Below, in pieces: positions 8,177-17,708 of a stretch of DNA of 64,000 nt (position 1 is its first letter; the number at the start of each line of letters is the position of its first letter). The notes under the pieces are model-generated. The model was not told the origin of the DNA, made no database searches, and saw nothing but the letters and a program-made list of their open reading frames with translations. The stretch is from a virus (taxonomy: Duplodnaviria; Caudoviricetes): positions 32,001 through 96,000 of IMG/VR virus record IMGVR_UViG_3300031993_000012; one strand, written 5' to 3'. The translations under genes and the position numbers were made by a program.

Positions 8177-9073
8177 TTGGATATCACACAATTTAAACCA
8201 TTCGTAATCGAGAAGCTACTATTGTCGTTGGTCAGACGACATCAGATTCGTTCGGTTACAAACACAGATACTCGTTTTGATATAGAAACGGAGAACCATA
8301 TAATTCATGGTTATTCGTATGAAGCACATGGTCTCCAATGTTTATCAATATCAATTGAACGAAATAAAGTTGAAGAATATTTAATAAAACTATATTACTC
8401 TGAACAAACGAAATATCACGAAATGATGAAACAACATTTATCGACATTCGATGCTGATGTGTTATCACCTTTGAACAATGTATTTGATGATTGGGATCAT
8501 GGTCGACTGGCTGTGATCTCATTCGGTCATCGTGATTCTGTTGCAAATTTATTTCGTTATAAAATTGCTGTCAGTCAACAAAACAAGTTAATGATTGCTC
8601 GATCCAAAAGTGGATTTTCATATGCATTCTTAGATTCCGATATGAAATCATTTATTGAGAATCGTGATCTAGGAATTACGACGAATATCATATTAAGGAG
8701 ACTTGATAATTTGGAATTTAAATCGTTGACTTCCGAAATGCCATTTGGTCCAGCGTTAGAGTTATTTGAAGACGCTATCAAAACTCCACTTGAAAAACCA
8801 CCTATACATTACAATATCATCACAATCAATTCGCGACCACCATATATTATGAAATCTCCTACGAGAAATGTATGGATTGTTGTATTAGAAATCGACGAAA
8901 AACATTCTAAATGTCGATCTGGTTATATTGATAATGAACCAGATCCATATGCAATATCGTGGAATGTATATAATATACGAACTACGAAGATATACTACTA
9001 TAAAGAATTACGTCGATATCAAATAATGCGTGGAAATGATTGTGTGGATATCACACATCTAATACGTGAATAA
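8177..9073 (+). CDS. hypothetical protein
   Basis: 298 aa, TTG start after AAAGGA. Confidence 0.75.
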   Translation: MDITQFKPFVIEKLLLSLVRRHQIRSVTNTDTRFDIETENHIIHGYSYEAHGLQCLSISIERNKVEEYLIKLYYSEQTKYHEMMKQHLSTFDADVLSPLNNVFDDWDHGRLAVISFGHRDSVANLFRYKIAVSQQNKLMIARSKSGFSYAFLDSDMKSFIENRDLGITTNIILRRLDNLEFKSLTSEMPFGPALELFEDAIKTPLEKPPIHYNIITINSRPPYIMKSPTRNVWIVVLEIDEKHSKCRSGYIDNEPDPYAISWNVYNIRTTKIYYYKELRRYQIMRGNDCVDITHLIRE

Positions 9074-9136
9074 TAATTATAACACCCGGGTTTAACCCGG
9101 GTGTATATAAACTTTTACTGTGAAAGGAATAATATA

Positions 9137-9520
9137 ATGGAAACCGTAAACATACCTTGGACACAAGAGGAAATCAATCTCAGATATTTGGATTTATTCA
9201 TTGAATGTTTGAATAAACCGATGGACAAGTTATTTGTGAATAATCGTTTACAAGTATCATTACCAAGTAAATATGTCCAATTCGATCCAGCACACGGTGC
9301 TTGTATCAAATATAATAATCTGATCAGAGGTCACGTCGACAAGGATTTTATAATTCAAGTCACAGATGTCATTAATGATGATTTACTTGAATACATGTCT
9401 GAAGAACGTTTGATGCTTATAAAAGAAAAGTATAGACGTTTCAGAAGAAAGTACATTCTTGAAACACGTGCTGATCTATTGTATGAGAAAATGAAACAGG
9501 AGCCTGAGGAAGATGAGTAA
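9137..9520 (+). CDS. hypothetical protein
   Basis: ATG 9137 after GAAAGGA. Confidence 0.7.
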   Translation: METVNIPWTQEEINLRYLDLFIECLNKPMDKLFVNNRLQVSLPSKYVQFDPAHGACIKYNNLIRGHVDKDFIIQVTDVINDDLLEYMSEERLMLIKEKYRRFRRKYILETRADLLYEKMKQEPEEDE

Positions 9521-9992
9521 ACTGAAAGAACTCAATAAAATACAACCATACATGACAACAAACTGTCAATTGGTATTCTCCAATAAATTCAACCCACTTG
9601 AGGTGTATGATATGCTCTTCAATGATGAAACTCTGAGAGCGTTATTTGAATCTCGTTGGGTATTATGTAGAATCGGAGAGTATCCAATGTCAAGATATGA
9701 CTACGATAGATTCATTACAAAGTTCTCTAGTCCCTGTGTAATGATGGATACAATCATTGAAATGGATCACACATATCAGGGCAACATTACAGTCCCAACA
9801 CAATACGAACCGATGTTCAGAAGTCTTGAACACCCGGTGATTCACCCGGTGGTTATAAGTAATACAGAGTCCATGACTGGATTCCGTATTGCATACTTCG
9901 TAGTATATGATAAATCTGAACTGATTTCTACCAACATCTATTCAGGTAAATGGTGGGACTATGGAAGGGATGATAAGAATGAAACTCGATAA
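9513..9992 (+). CDS. hypothetical protein
   Basis: 159 aa, overlaps upstream stop. Confidence 0.75.
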   Translation: MSKLKELNKIQPYMTTNCQLVFSNKFNPLEVYDMLFNDETLRALFESRWVLCRIGEYPMSRYDYDRFITKFSSPCVMMDTIIEMDHTYQGNITVPTQYEPMFRSLEHPVIHPVVISNTESMTGFRIAYFVVYDKSELISTNIYSGKWWDYGRDDKNETR

Positions 9993-10032
9993 AGGCTGGT
10001 ATTAGATGATATAATTTAGGAGGTATCCCAAT

Positions 10033-10476
10033 ATGAGTATGGACAAGATCCAAGAAGTACTTCATTCAGAATTCGACATCAAAACGCATAAAGAAACTTT
10101 CACTAACTATTTGGAAGTAATAATAGACGAAGAAGGAAGAATCATGTATGCCGTTCCATCACATATGGAAAGACTCATTAAAGTGTATATGGAACGATAT
10201 AATGTGACCCGTAAAGAAATCGTAAATAAACTTACATATGACGCACCATGTGAATATGGATTAGACCTATCCGCTTATCTGTGTGATAAGCTTCATTGTA
10301 TTTGTGTATGGTTTGATAGTTACAGAGGAAAACCTAATCAAATACAACTCAACAAATTGAAGACATTACGTCTGTCTGGTATATATCATGGTCCAGTCCA
10401 TGATATATATGAAGAAGAACAAAAGAAAATGAAAACATTAATAAATGAATTAAAAGAGTTTGCTAAGGAGGTATAA
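10033..10476 (+). CDS. conserved-looking phage hypothetical protein
   Basis: YLEVIID..G.I.YAVPSH motif; RBS AGGAGGT. Confidence 0.8.
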   Translation: MSMDKIQEVLHSEFDIKTHKETFTNYLEVIIDEEGRIMYAVPSHMERLIKVYMERYNVTRKEIVNKLTYDAPCEYGLDLSAYLCDKLHCICVWFDSYRGKPNQIQLNKLKTLRLSGIYHGPVHDIYEEEQKKMKTLINELKEFAKEV

Positions 10477-10477
10477 T

Positions 10478-10957
10478 ATGAATAAAAGGTTCAGAAAGAA
10501 GTGTAGGAAAGCAGCGAAGATTCATAAGAATATCTTCTATGCCTATAACCTGGCGCGCAAGCTCAATCAGCAGTGTAGTGGTTGTTCGTCAGATTACCAT
10601 CACTTCAGAAAGACCAATCTGAAACGTTGTCTAACATACCATAAGTGGTGTATAAAGCATAACAAGAAGCTGTCTGATATGTACTATAGTATTCAGACAA
10701 GAAACAAAAGAAAATATTCTCCAGAGTTCGTGTTTAATGCCTTGAAGGATTTCAAAAAGGGTCATCTAGTAGATGATATTTCTCATCCCGTTTCAAGTAG
10801 AGAAAACATTGAATATGCTCAATCTTGCGTGTTGGATTTTAGAATAACACCACGTTTCGAAATAAACGACGATGGTTCAATGAAACTTACATCGTTTGGA
10901 TTAGTTAAGGAGGATTTACATGAATCAACGACAAAAGAAAAAGCAGACAAATCGTAA
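10478..10957 (+). CDS. basic hypothetical protein
   Basis: ATG 10478 after AAGGAGGT; N-terminus MNKRFRKK. Confidence 0.75.
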   Translation: MNKRFRKKCRKAAKIHKNIFYAYNLARKLNQQCSGCSSDYHHFRKTNLKRCLTYHKWCIKHNKKLSDMYYSIQTRNKRKYSPEFVFNALKDFKKGHLVDDISHPVSSRENIEYAQSCVLDFRITPRFEINDDGSMKLTSFGLVKEDLHESTTKEKADKS

Positions 10958-11231
10958 ACCGTTCAACAAAGTTCATTCAGCCGTACGTTATGAGATAGCT
11001 ATCTACATAGAGAAGAGAGCAATCAAAGCTGGAATTGAACCTAACAAGAGAGCCATCTGGAGTTATACCAGATGGCTTGCTCATAACCTGTCAGAAGATG
11101 ACTGGTATAAAACAACATTAATCGCTTGCGGTGTACCGCGTGGTGTATTCACAAAATCTTTATGGGATATGAACGATGAAGAGATTGAATTCCTTGAAGC
11201 GCTTGGTGTTTATAAAGCTAAGGAGGATTAA
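10920..11231 (+). CDS. hypothetical protein
   Basis: RBS AAGGAGG; N-terminus MNQRQKKK. Confidence 0.75.
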   Translation: MNQRQKKKQTNRKPFNKVHSAVRYEIAIYIEKRAIKAGIEPNKRAIWSYTRWLAHNLSEDDWYKTTLIACGVPRGVFTKSLWDMNDEEIEFLEALGVYKAKED

Positions 11232-11233
11232 TT

Positions 11234-11446
11234 ATGGACCATGATTCCCAAGAGAACGAAATCATTGAAGTCAAAATACCAGGTAAGATCCTGAATATAA
11301 CTATCACAAAGAATGACTTTGGTTTAGCAGATGTTCTTATAAAAGATTTGACAAAAGACGAAATGGTTGTACTTATGGATCACATCTGTGAGTTATTCAA
11401 TGTCAGCGATGCCAATTTTTCAATAGAAAATAAAGAGGAGGATTAA
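11234..11446 (+). CDS. acidic hypothetical protein
   Basis: RBS AAGGAGG. Confidence 0.7.
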   Translation: MDHDSQENEIIEVKIPGKILNITITKNDFGLADVLIKDLTKDEMVVLMDHICELFNVSDANFSIENKEED

Positions 11447-11448
11447 TT

Positions 11449-11745
11449 ATGAGAGGCAAATGGTTTAGAAAGAAGAAGAAAGCTCTTAGAAAGAACTATG
11501 AAGCTTTCGTTAAGAATCGCACAAGACTTTACGATTACACCAAGGGATGTTCCAAGGTGATCTATTCAACAAAGGGTGAATATAAATTCGATTCAATGTC
11601 TTACAAGAAAGCACTTAACTACCATAAGAGAACAGTGATCATTCCGCAGGCTAGAAAAGAACTGGCAGAATTCATCGAACGTGGTCGTATGTTCTATGGT
11701 AGAAGATATAATTTCAAATTAGAAAAGGAGCATTTGTACTTATGA
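11449..11745 (+). CDS. basic hypothetical protein
   Basis: RBS GAGGAGG. Confidence 0.7.
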   Translation: MRGKWFRKKKKALRKNYEAFVKNRTRLYDYTKGCSKVIYSTKGEYKFDSMSYKKALNYHKRTVIIPQARKELAEFIERGRMFYGRRYNFKLEKEHLYL

Positions 11746-12539
11746 ACGATATCAAAGAACCAGACATAATCAAACAGTATGTTTGTATCGCAGAGAACAC
11801 AGATATGCATATCATGAAAGTGCTTGAAATCACAGGAGACCTTGATATAGCTAAAAGAGTGTGTATGGCTCACATATATGAAGTAGCTGAAAGGGAGAAA
11901 GATCCTGACTTAAAGGTCGAGAGCACAATGTGGAAGGAAGAGCTTGCAGGAATAACAATAACGTATCAACTCCGTGGTGAGAAGACCGATTCCACTGTAT
12001 ACAAAGTGAGAATCCTGTTCTTCGAAAGAGATTGGAACGAGATAATGAAGAGACGGAAACAGCTCACTGAGGTTACCGACACTCCGATTGTTACAGCATC
12101 TCAGGAACCTTCCAATCAGCCTCTGAAGAAGGCTCTCGATGAGATCAAAGATTACAAGAATCTTATTGGTCCTCCATCACATCCTCAAAATGAATATATG
12201 GAGTACAACTTCAAATATCTTTCAACTAAGCAGAATGGTGACAAATTGATCCCAGTTCTCAATATGAATGCATTCAAGTGGGGATTTCCCTACATGATAA
12301 TGACTAACATGTCGCCGTGCATAGATGGCAGATGCATATACACAGATGATGTTGTTGTAACATATGGAATTGCAGCATGCTTATCTAAAGATGACACCAC
12401 GGTCATATTCATATCAACTTATGATGAACTTGGAGACACAATGTTCGGTTGTATAAGAGAAATCAGAGTGAACGTAAAAGATCTTTGCAGTCGTGTAAAG
12501 ATTAAATGCGTAGGTATGATAGAAGGAGGAGTATTATGA
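11742..12539 (+). CDS. hypothetical protein
   Basis: 265 aa, ATGA overlaps at both ends. Confidence 0.75.
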   Translation: MNDIKEPDIIKQYVCIAENTDMHIMKVLEITGDLDIAKRVCMAHIYEVAEREKDPDLKVESTMWKEELAGITITYQLRGEKTDSTVYKVRILFFERDWNEIMKRRKQLTEVTDTPIVTASQEPSNQPLKKALDEIKDYKNLIGPPSHPQNEYMEYNFKYLSTKQNGDKLIPVLNMNAFKWGFPYMIMTNMSPCIDGRCIYTDDVVVTYGIAACLSKDDTTVIFISTYDELGDTMFGCIREIRVNVKDLCSRVKIKCVGMIEGGVL

Positions 12540-13297
12540 ATGATACAATCGTTAGAGACAAGAAGGTTATCTTTATGCGTGAGTATTGTCCTACTGAAGA
12601 GAGTTGTTTTAGCAGTAACGACATACTCACATTCATCTACAATTTGAGAGATAATGCTCAAGCTAACATCAATGAACGAATCGGTGTTGCACATGGTAAT
12701 ATTAAATATCATCGTTATATAGTAACGAATATGATATTCTATTTCGGATTTAAAATCATCGTAACAAACGATCTCATCAGTTGTCTTGATACAATGACGG
12801 ATTACGTGTTGGATTCATCCGAGATGCAATTCGCTATTGTATTTGATATGGATAAAGATGAAGTTTTATCAAATCCAAGAATCCACGCGTGTACACCAAC
12901 GGAAATACCGATGAAACGGATTTCATTCGATGGAACATTTGGAATCGTCGAAAGCTCGTATCCTGATGGATACGAAATGGTTGATACCGACAGCGAACTG
13001 TTACTTATATTTGATGAGCAATCTGATAAGATGTTCAAATATGATCAACTGTATTGGGTAACAATAAAGAATCCTCGTGAGAAAGAGTTCTTCGATGGTA
13101 AGTTCATTACAGATCACAATGTTGAATCGGTTACAAAATTAATCGAAAAACTCAACAAGGAAATTATACGCTGTAAAGCATGTGGAAAATATTTCATTTT
13201 CCGTGACAAAGAAAGAGAATGGTATGATGATCGTGGTTTTAAATATCCTCGTCGTTGTAAAACATGCTCTAATATCAACAAACATGTGAATTATTAA
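12536..13297 (+). CDS. protein with C-terminal zinc ribbon (zf-trcl-like)
   Basis: CKACGKYFIF...E.EWY...GF.YPRRCKTC; start 12536 after AGGAGGAG. Confidence 0.8.
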   Translation: MNDTIVRDKKVIFMREYCPTEESCFSSNDILTFIYNLRDNAQANINERIGVAHGNIKYHRYIVTNMIFYFGFKIIVTNDLISCLDTMTDYVLDSSEMQFAIVFDMDKDEVLSNPRIHACTPTEIPMKRISFDGTFGIVESSYPDGYEMVDTDSELLLIFDEQSDKMFKYDQLYWVTIKNPREKEFFDGKFITDHNVESVTKLIEKLNKEIIRCKACGKYFIFRDKEREWYDDRGFKYPRRCKTCSNINKHVNY

Positions 13298-13381
13298 AAT
13301 GACGCGCCCCATTTCGGTTCGCGTCACGTATTCATGATGATAGAATAATAAGTGTTGATCTTTGTAAGGAGGAAAATTAAT

Positions 13382-13696
13382 GTGATAACACCCGGGTCAA
13401 TATACTTCAATTGTTTAGGAGGAATACACATTGCAATACCTTTCAAAGAAGATTCTGGTGTTGTATTATTCATCATGTCGGATGTTTTAAATGATGAAGT
13501 TTATTTCACAACAGACGCTGATGAATTCATTGAAAGATATACATTGTATCAGGTATTCAATAAACCAAACAATGGAGAAGCATTTGATGAATTGGTTAAT
13601 AAAACCAAAGATAGGTATGATAAAATGAGGAGGAAATTAATTATGTCTGAAAATAATAGAATAGAATCAAAAACATATTGTGGTATAAACGAATAA
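13382..13696 (+). CDS. hypothetical protein
   Basis: GTG start after AAGGAGG. Confidence 0.6.
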   Translation: MITPGSIYFNCLGGIHIAIPFKEDSGVVLFIMSDVLNDEVYFTTDADEFIERYTLYQVFNKPNNGEAFDELVNKTKDRYDKMRRKLIMSENNRIESKTYCGINE

Positions 13697-13711
13697 TGAA
13701 AAAGGAGAATT

Positions 13712-14257
13712 ATGATGAATAACTTAACGATGAGAAATGATAAACTGCTCCAGAAGCGTTTCGATACGCTTAGAGCAGAAGCATATAAAAAATACGCCAA
13801 TGACCCAGAGATGGCAAAACTTGTAGCGGGTTCTTTATCAACAACCGCATTAGTCCTTGCTGGTATCTGGGTGGAGTTCCATGAACAGTTTAAATACGAC
13901 TCTTCATGGATTATGAACACTATGGGTAAATTGATGCCATTCATAAAATCATTTTCTAATGAACGTTTGAATGCGATCGCATTGGAGGATTTACCGAATG
14001 ATGTAATAACATTATTCGTCATACCCGAAAATAATAGAATCGAAGTGATCATTGGTACAACATCGGTTGCTAAGATAAAAGTAATTGATTCAGTTATTCG
14101 TGTCAACTTTAATAAAGAAAAGAAATTTGAATTATCTGCGTTCGTAGAAGAACATGTTACAGCAGCACTCGCAAAAGTCGATCATTTGACGCAACTGACT
14201 GAGGATGCGATTAATAAAATGATCAATGGCGAATCTGATGATGAGATAAACGAATAA
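13712..14257 (+). CDS. hypothetical protein
   Basis: RBS AAGGAG; followed by TATCCCCGGG/CCCGGGGATA hairpin. Confidence 0.8.
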   Translation: MMNNLTMRNDKLLQKRFDTLRAEAYKKYANDPEMAKLVAGSLSTTALVLAGIWVEFHEQFKYDSSWIMNTMGKLMPFIKSFSNERLNAIALEDLPNDVITLFVIPENNRIEVIIGTTSVAKIKVIDSVIRVNFNKEKKFELSAFVEEHVTAALAKVDHLTQLTEDAINKMINGESDDEINE

Positions 14258-14389
14258 AAGGTATATTATCCCCGGGATATCCCGGGGATAATACATATAA
14301 TTTTGGGTGTAATTCTATTACAGTAGAATTGGTCGACCCCCAGTGTATATTAATATTCCGGTCAAGTTTAATTGATTGGAGATGATACC

Positions 14390-14548
14390 ATGGATCAACA
14401 TTCACATGTTGTTATTCCGAAAAATCCATCCGGATTCATGAATAATATCATGAAATGGTATAATGAACATCCTACCGTTCATATACCGAAAAAGAATGAA
14501 CCGACAATAATACCGCTCGGTTCAAGTGTTGGTTTCATCAAAAACTAA
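14390..14548 (+). CDS. 52-aa hypothetical protein (not in ORF track)
   Basis: MDQHSHVVIPKNPSGF...GFIKN, RBS GGAGATGA. Confidence 0.4.
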   Translation: MDQHSHVVIPKNPSGFMNNIMKWYNEHPTVHIPKKNEPTIIPLGSSVGFIKN

Positions 14549-14616
14549 CATAACATCCATACACAAAAACATTCTCGATCCCGGAATATTAATATTACAC
14601 ATATTGTATGTAATGA

Positions 14617-14931
14617 TTAACCATTTAATTCGATACCGAATACATGTTGTACATATTTAACGTAACAATCCACATACATCAAATCATTAGCTTTGTCGTA
14701 TGTTACTTCGTAATACTTACCGTCTTGAAGATTTGTAGAAATCATTGCTTTCTGATTTCCTAAAATATATGAGTGTGTAACTTCATATACGTCATCAATA
14801 CTGAGTTTAACTTCATCAGTTGGATCTAATTGTTGACGTACAATATCAAGTACAGCTTGTCTTGCAGTAGCAATGAACTCGGTACTACCAAGAAATGGTT
14901 TATTGATCTTAATTATGTTATTCATTTTCAT
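14617..14931 (-). CDS. DUF6275-like phage protein
   Basis: DDVY......LGN.KA.IST...DGKYYEVTYD.....MYVD.Y pattern. Confidence 0.7.
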   Translation of the reverse strand: MKMNNIIKINKPFLGSTEFIATARQAVLDIVRQQLDPTDEVKLSIDDVYEVTHSYILGNQKAMISTNLQDGKYYEVTYDKANDLMYVDCYVKYVQHVFGIELNG

Positions 14932-15205
14932 TCACCCCATGTTTTACACGATCTGCTTGTTCAGCATATTTTGCGTCATTGAATCTACTAAGGTCGCCTG
15001 CTAAATAGCCCGTCACGCGGCGTATACGAACAAATGGAACTGAATGTTTATGAACTTCCAGTTTTGCATATCCTTTAGAATCAAATGATATTATCAATGT
15101 ATCAATGATTTCATCAGGATATTTCTTCGTTACGTAATCAACGTATGCTTGTTTCTCGGCCTCGGATATTTCGGTGATATCACCGTGCTTGAATATGATG
15201 TTCAT
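14918..15205 (-). CDS. stand-alone NrdD C-terminal glycyl-radical domain protein
   Basis: RIRRVTGYL...RFNDAKYAE..DRVKH matches the class III ribonucleotide reductase C-terminus; only 95 aa; RBS AAGGAGG. Confidence 0.8.
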   Translation of the reverse strand: MNIIFKHGDITEISEAEKQAYVDYVTKKYPDEIIDTLIISFDSKGYAKLEVHKHSVPFVRIRRVTGYLAGDLSRFNDAKYAEQADRVKHGVNENE

Positions 15206-15396
15206 ACAGAACCCTCCTTGATAATATAATTATATTAAACCATTGTACAATTATCTAGAATTCTTAAATTCTATATTTATATAATTCTTATGTATAATAG
15301 GAAAGTAACACTTTCTATTATCATATAATATCAATCTTTACGGGTTGTTCCCAGTGTATCTGTACAGATATGCGAATAACAAGAAAGGAGTACGTT

Positions 15397-16176
15397 ATGG
15401 CACGTACAAAGAAAACAACAGTAGAGGAAGCAACTGAGGAGAAGGTTGCATTCCAGCCCAAGAAGACAGTGAAGCTGTTCTTCTTCACAGAAATCCTTGG
15501 AAGCTGCCCCGCAGACAAGGAGATCTACTCAAAGTACATCGCAAAGAATCGTCTTGATGCACCAACCATTCAGGACGAACTCCAGATGGTACCTGAGGAA
15601 GAAGTTATCGAGCAGGGAACCACTTGCTTCCTGGTGAGGACCCACGGAAAGGATAAGGGTAAGCCCTGTCTGGCAGCGTATACAATTCTCGGTTTCATGA
15701 AAGAGAAGACCAAGTATCTCCGTCAGGAACCCGGTAATGGATTTGACAAATTCACCAACTACAAGTCCAAAATCGATGGTAATTTCAACATTGATAAACC
15801 GTTCATTACATTACATCTTCCCGAAGGAGAAGAAATGGGTATCTGTCAGAGACCTCTCAGGGCCGAGACTGCGCAGGGTCCGAGAGTAGCACTCGCTTCC
15901 AGCCTCACATGCCCTCCCGGTACAACCTGCGAATTCGAGCTCTATATCAATAACAAGGAGTTCAATAAGTACGCAATCGGTTGTCTCCGTAAAGGTTTCC
16001 TCAGTGGAACCGGTCAGTGGCGTTCTTCTCAGCAGAAAGGCAGATTCCTGTTTGAAATCTATGATGCTGATGATACTTATATTGACGGTAATACCAAAGA
16101 ACATGTAGGTTGTCTTTCAACTGATGCCAACTGGGAAGAAATGTGGAGCGACTTCCTCGACGAATATCGTCTGTAA
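15397..16176 (+). CDS. solitary Cas7/RAMP-like protein
   Basis: N-terminal strand KLFFFTEILGS, helix ILGFMKE, thumb-like RPLRAETAQGPRVAL, PGT.CEFEL, and C-terminal Gly loop GFLSGTGQWRS...GRF typical of RAMPs; RBS GAAAGGAG. Confidence 0.75.
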   Translation: MARTKKTTVEEATEEKVAFQPKKTVKLFFFTEILGSCPADKEIYSKYIAKNRLDAPTIQDELQMVPEEEVIEQGTTCFLVRTHGKDKGKPCLAAYTILGFMKEKTKYLRQEPGNGFDKFTNYKSKIDGNFNIDKPFITLHLPEGEEMGICQRPLRAETAQGPRVALASSLTCPPGTTCEFELYINNKEFNKYAIGCLRKGFLSGTGQWRSSQQKGRFLFEIYDADDTYIDGNTKEHVGCLSTDANWEEMWSDFLDEYRL

Positions 16177-16190
16177 TACCTAATACCAAT

Positions 16191-16220
16191 AATGAGCGCG
16201 GATAAAACCGCGCTCATTTT
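16191..16220 (+). terminator. intrinsic terminator / processing hairpin
   Basis: AATGAGCGCGG-ATAAAA-CCGCGCTCATT-TT. Confidence 0.75.
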
Positions 16221-16250
16221 GTATGCTGACTGAAACCAGTACTGTTTTAA

Positions 16251-17263
16251 GTGTAAAGTAAAGTCGAGTTAGGTTCAGTATTGGTTCAGTGGAGTTAAGT
16301 CTAGTCATGTACAGGTGTTGTGGAGCGGCGCTGTGTTTGGGTGATGCAAAGCGAAGTCTTGCTTAGGTATAGTACGGTATTGTCCCGTATGGGTATGATA
16401 ATGTTCCGCAAAGCACAGTGAGCTTTTGTAACGGTAAAGCTGAGTATTGCAGCGTTGAGGTATAGTCAAGTATGGTTGTGTGCTGTATAGGTCGGGCGAA
16501 GTTTCGTTCTGTATAGTGACGGTATAGTTATGAAGCGTAGCGTAGAGGTATGGCACGGTTACGCGCTGTACAGGCATAGTATGGTATCGTTATGTCATGG
16601 CACTGCATTGTGGTGTCTGGCATTGGCAATGCAAAGTAACGCGAAGCATTGGTGCAGTGAGGTGTTGTTCTGTGAAGGCATCATTATGAATCGTATTGTA
16701 ATGTGTGGATTTAGCTCGGTCTAGTTTTGTCCGGTGACGGCGTAGTAATGTTAGGCGAGGCGATGCAAAGGTGTCGTGCAGTGAAGCACCGTTTAGGCAT
16801 GGTAAAGCATAGCTTTGTTTAGGTGCGGCTGAGTCTGGTCCGGTTTTGTGAAGGTGCAGCAGGGTTCCGTGGTGCACTGTGGCGTAGAGTATCGGTATAG
16901 TCACGTAAGGTTTGGTATAGGCATGGTGTAGTAAAGCATAGTTGTGGTATAGCTATGCATCGTAAGGTTTGTATTGGTATAGTGTAGTCCTGTAACGCTG
17001 AGCACTGGTGTAGCGAGGTATTGCTCTGTCGAGTGGTGGTAAAGCATGACAAGGTAATGTTGAGTAGAGGTGAAGTGAAGTCTTGCGGGGTTTTGCTGTG
17101 GTACTGTGATGCGACCTATTGCTTTGTATTGGTACAGCTCAGCACTGTAATGTCGTGTCAGGTTCAGGTACAGTTTAGCCAAGTGAGGTGGAGTATAGTA
17201 TAGGTATAGATATGTACAGTCAAATGCTGTCAAGGTTAAGCTGAGTAAAGTCTACTTCTGTAA
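16251..17263 (+). repeat. nested pentamer array 1: about 34 units of G(GYNNN)n, putative guide-RNA array
   Basis: Hand parse, e.g. GGTGAT-GCAAA-GCGAA-GTCTT-GCTTA|GGTATA-GTACG-GTATT-GTCCC-GTATG; G/T-rich, C-poor plus strand. Confidence 0.9.
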
Positions 17264-17294
17264 TGAGTAAAATATAACGAAAGGAGTCTTATCC

Positions 17295-17696
17295 ATGAAA
17301 GATAAGAAAATCAAGAAAGTTTTGAAGTCGATTCAAAACGGAGAAATCTCAGCCAAACAACTGAAAGAAATCCTTGCTGAAAACCCCGAACTCAAAGACA
17401 TCATTGACTTAGTGAATCCTGAAGTCACATGGAAGAAACATCCAATGTATCCGTTCGTGGAAACATCGAGCAATGGTCAGATTAAAGTTTCTGGTGAACT
17501 TGTAAAGCCACGGGTATGGGATGGCTTGTTGAAAGTAACGCTGCAGTATGGCAAGAAACGGTTATACGCAGCGTTACTCATATTACAATGCTGGGAACCA
17601 TGTCCGGGTAAATTAACCGACTATACTGTCGGTTACATTGACGATAACGTCAATAACCTAAAGCCGTCTAATCTATATTGGAAGGCCAAAAAATAA
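17295..17696 (+). CDS. NUMOD4 + degenerate (probably inactive) HNH domain protein
   Basis: E.TWK...YP..ETSSNGQIK (NUMOD4-like); VGYIDDNVNNLKPSNLYW aligns to V.H.DG...NN...NL.W with His replaced by Tyr; RBS AAAGGAG. Confidence 0.7.
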   Translation: MKDKKIKKVLKSIQNGEISAKQLKEILAENPELKDIIDLVNPEVTWKKHPMYPFVETSSNGQIKVSGELVKPRVWDGLLKVTLQYGKKRLYAALLILQCWEPCPGKLTDYTVGYIDDNVNNLKPSNLYWKAKK

Positions 17697-17708
17697 ACGA
17701 CAGTTTAT

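Noticed and set aside
16305-17233. Overlapping ORFs on both strands in array 1 (H/Y/T/L/P-rich or V/C/W-rich)
   Set aside because: By-products of the 5-nt periodic GY pattern; no RBS, overlapping frames, period not a multiple of 3
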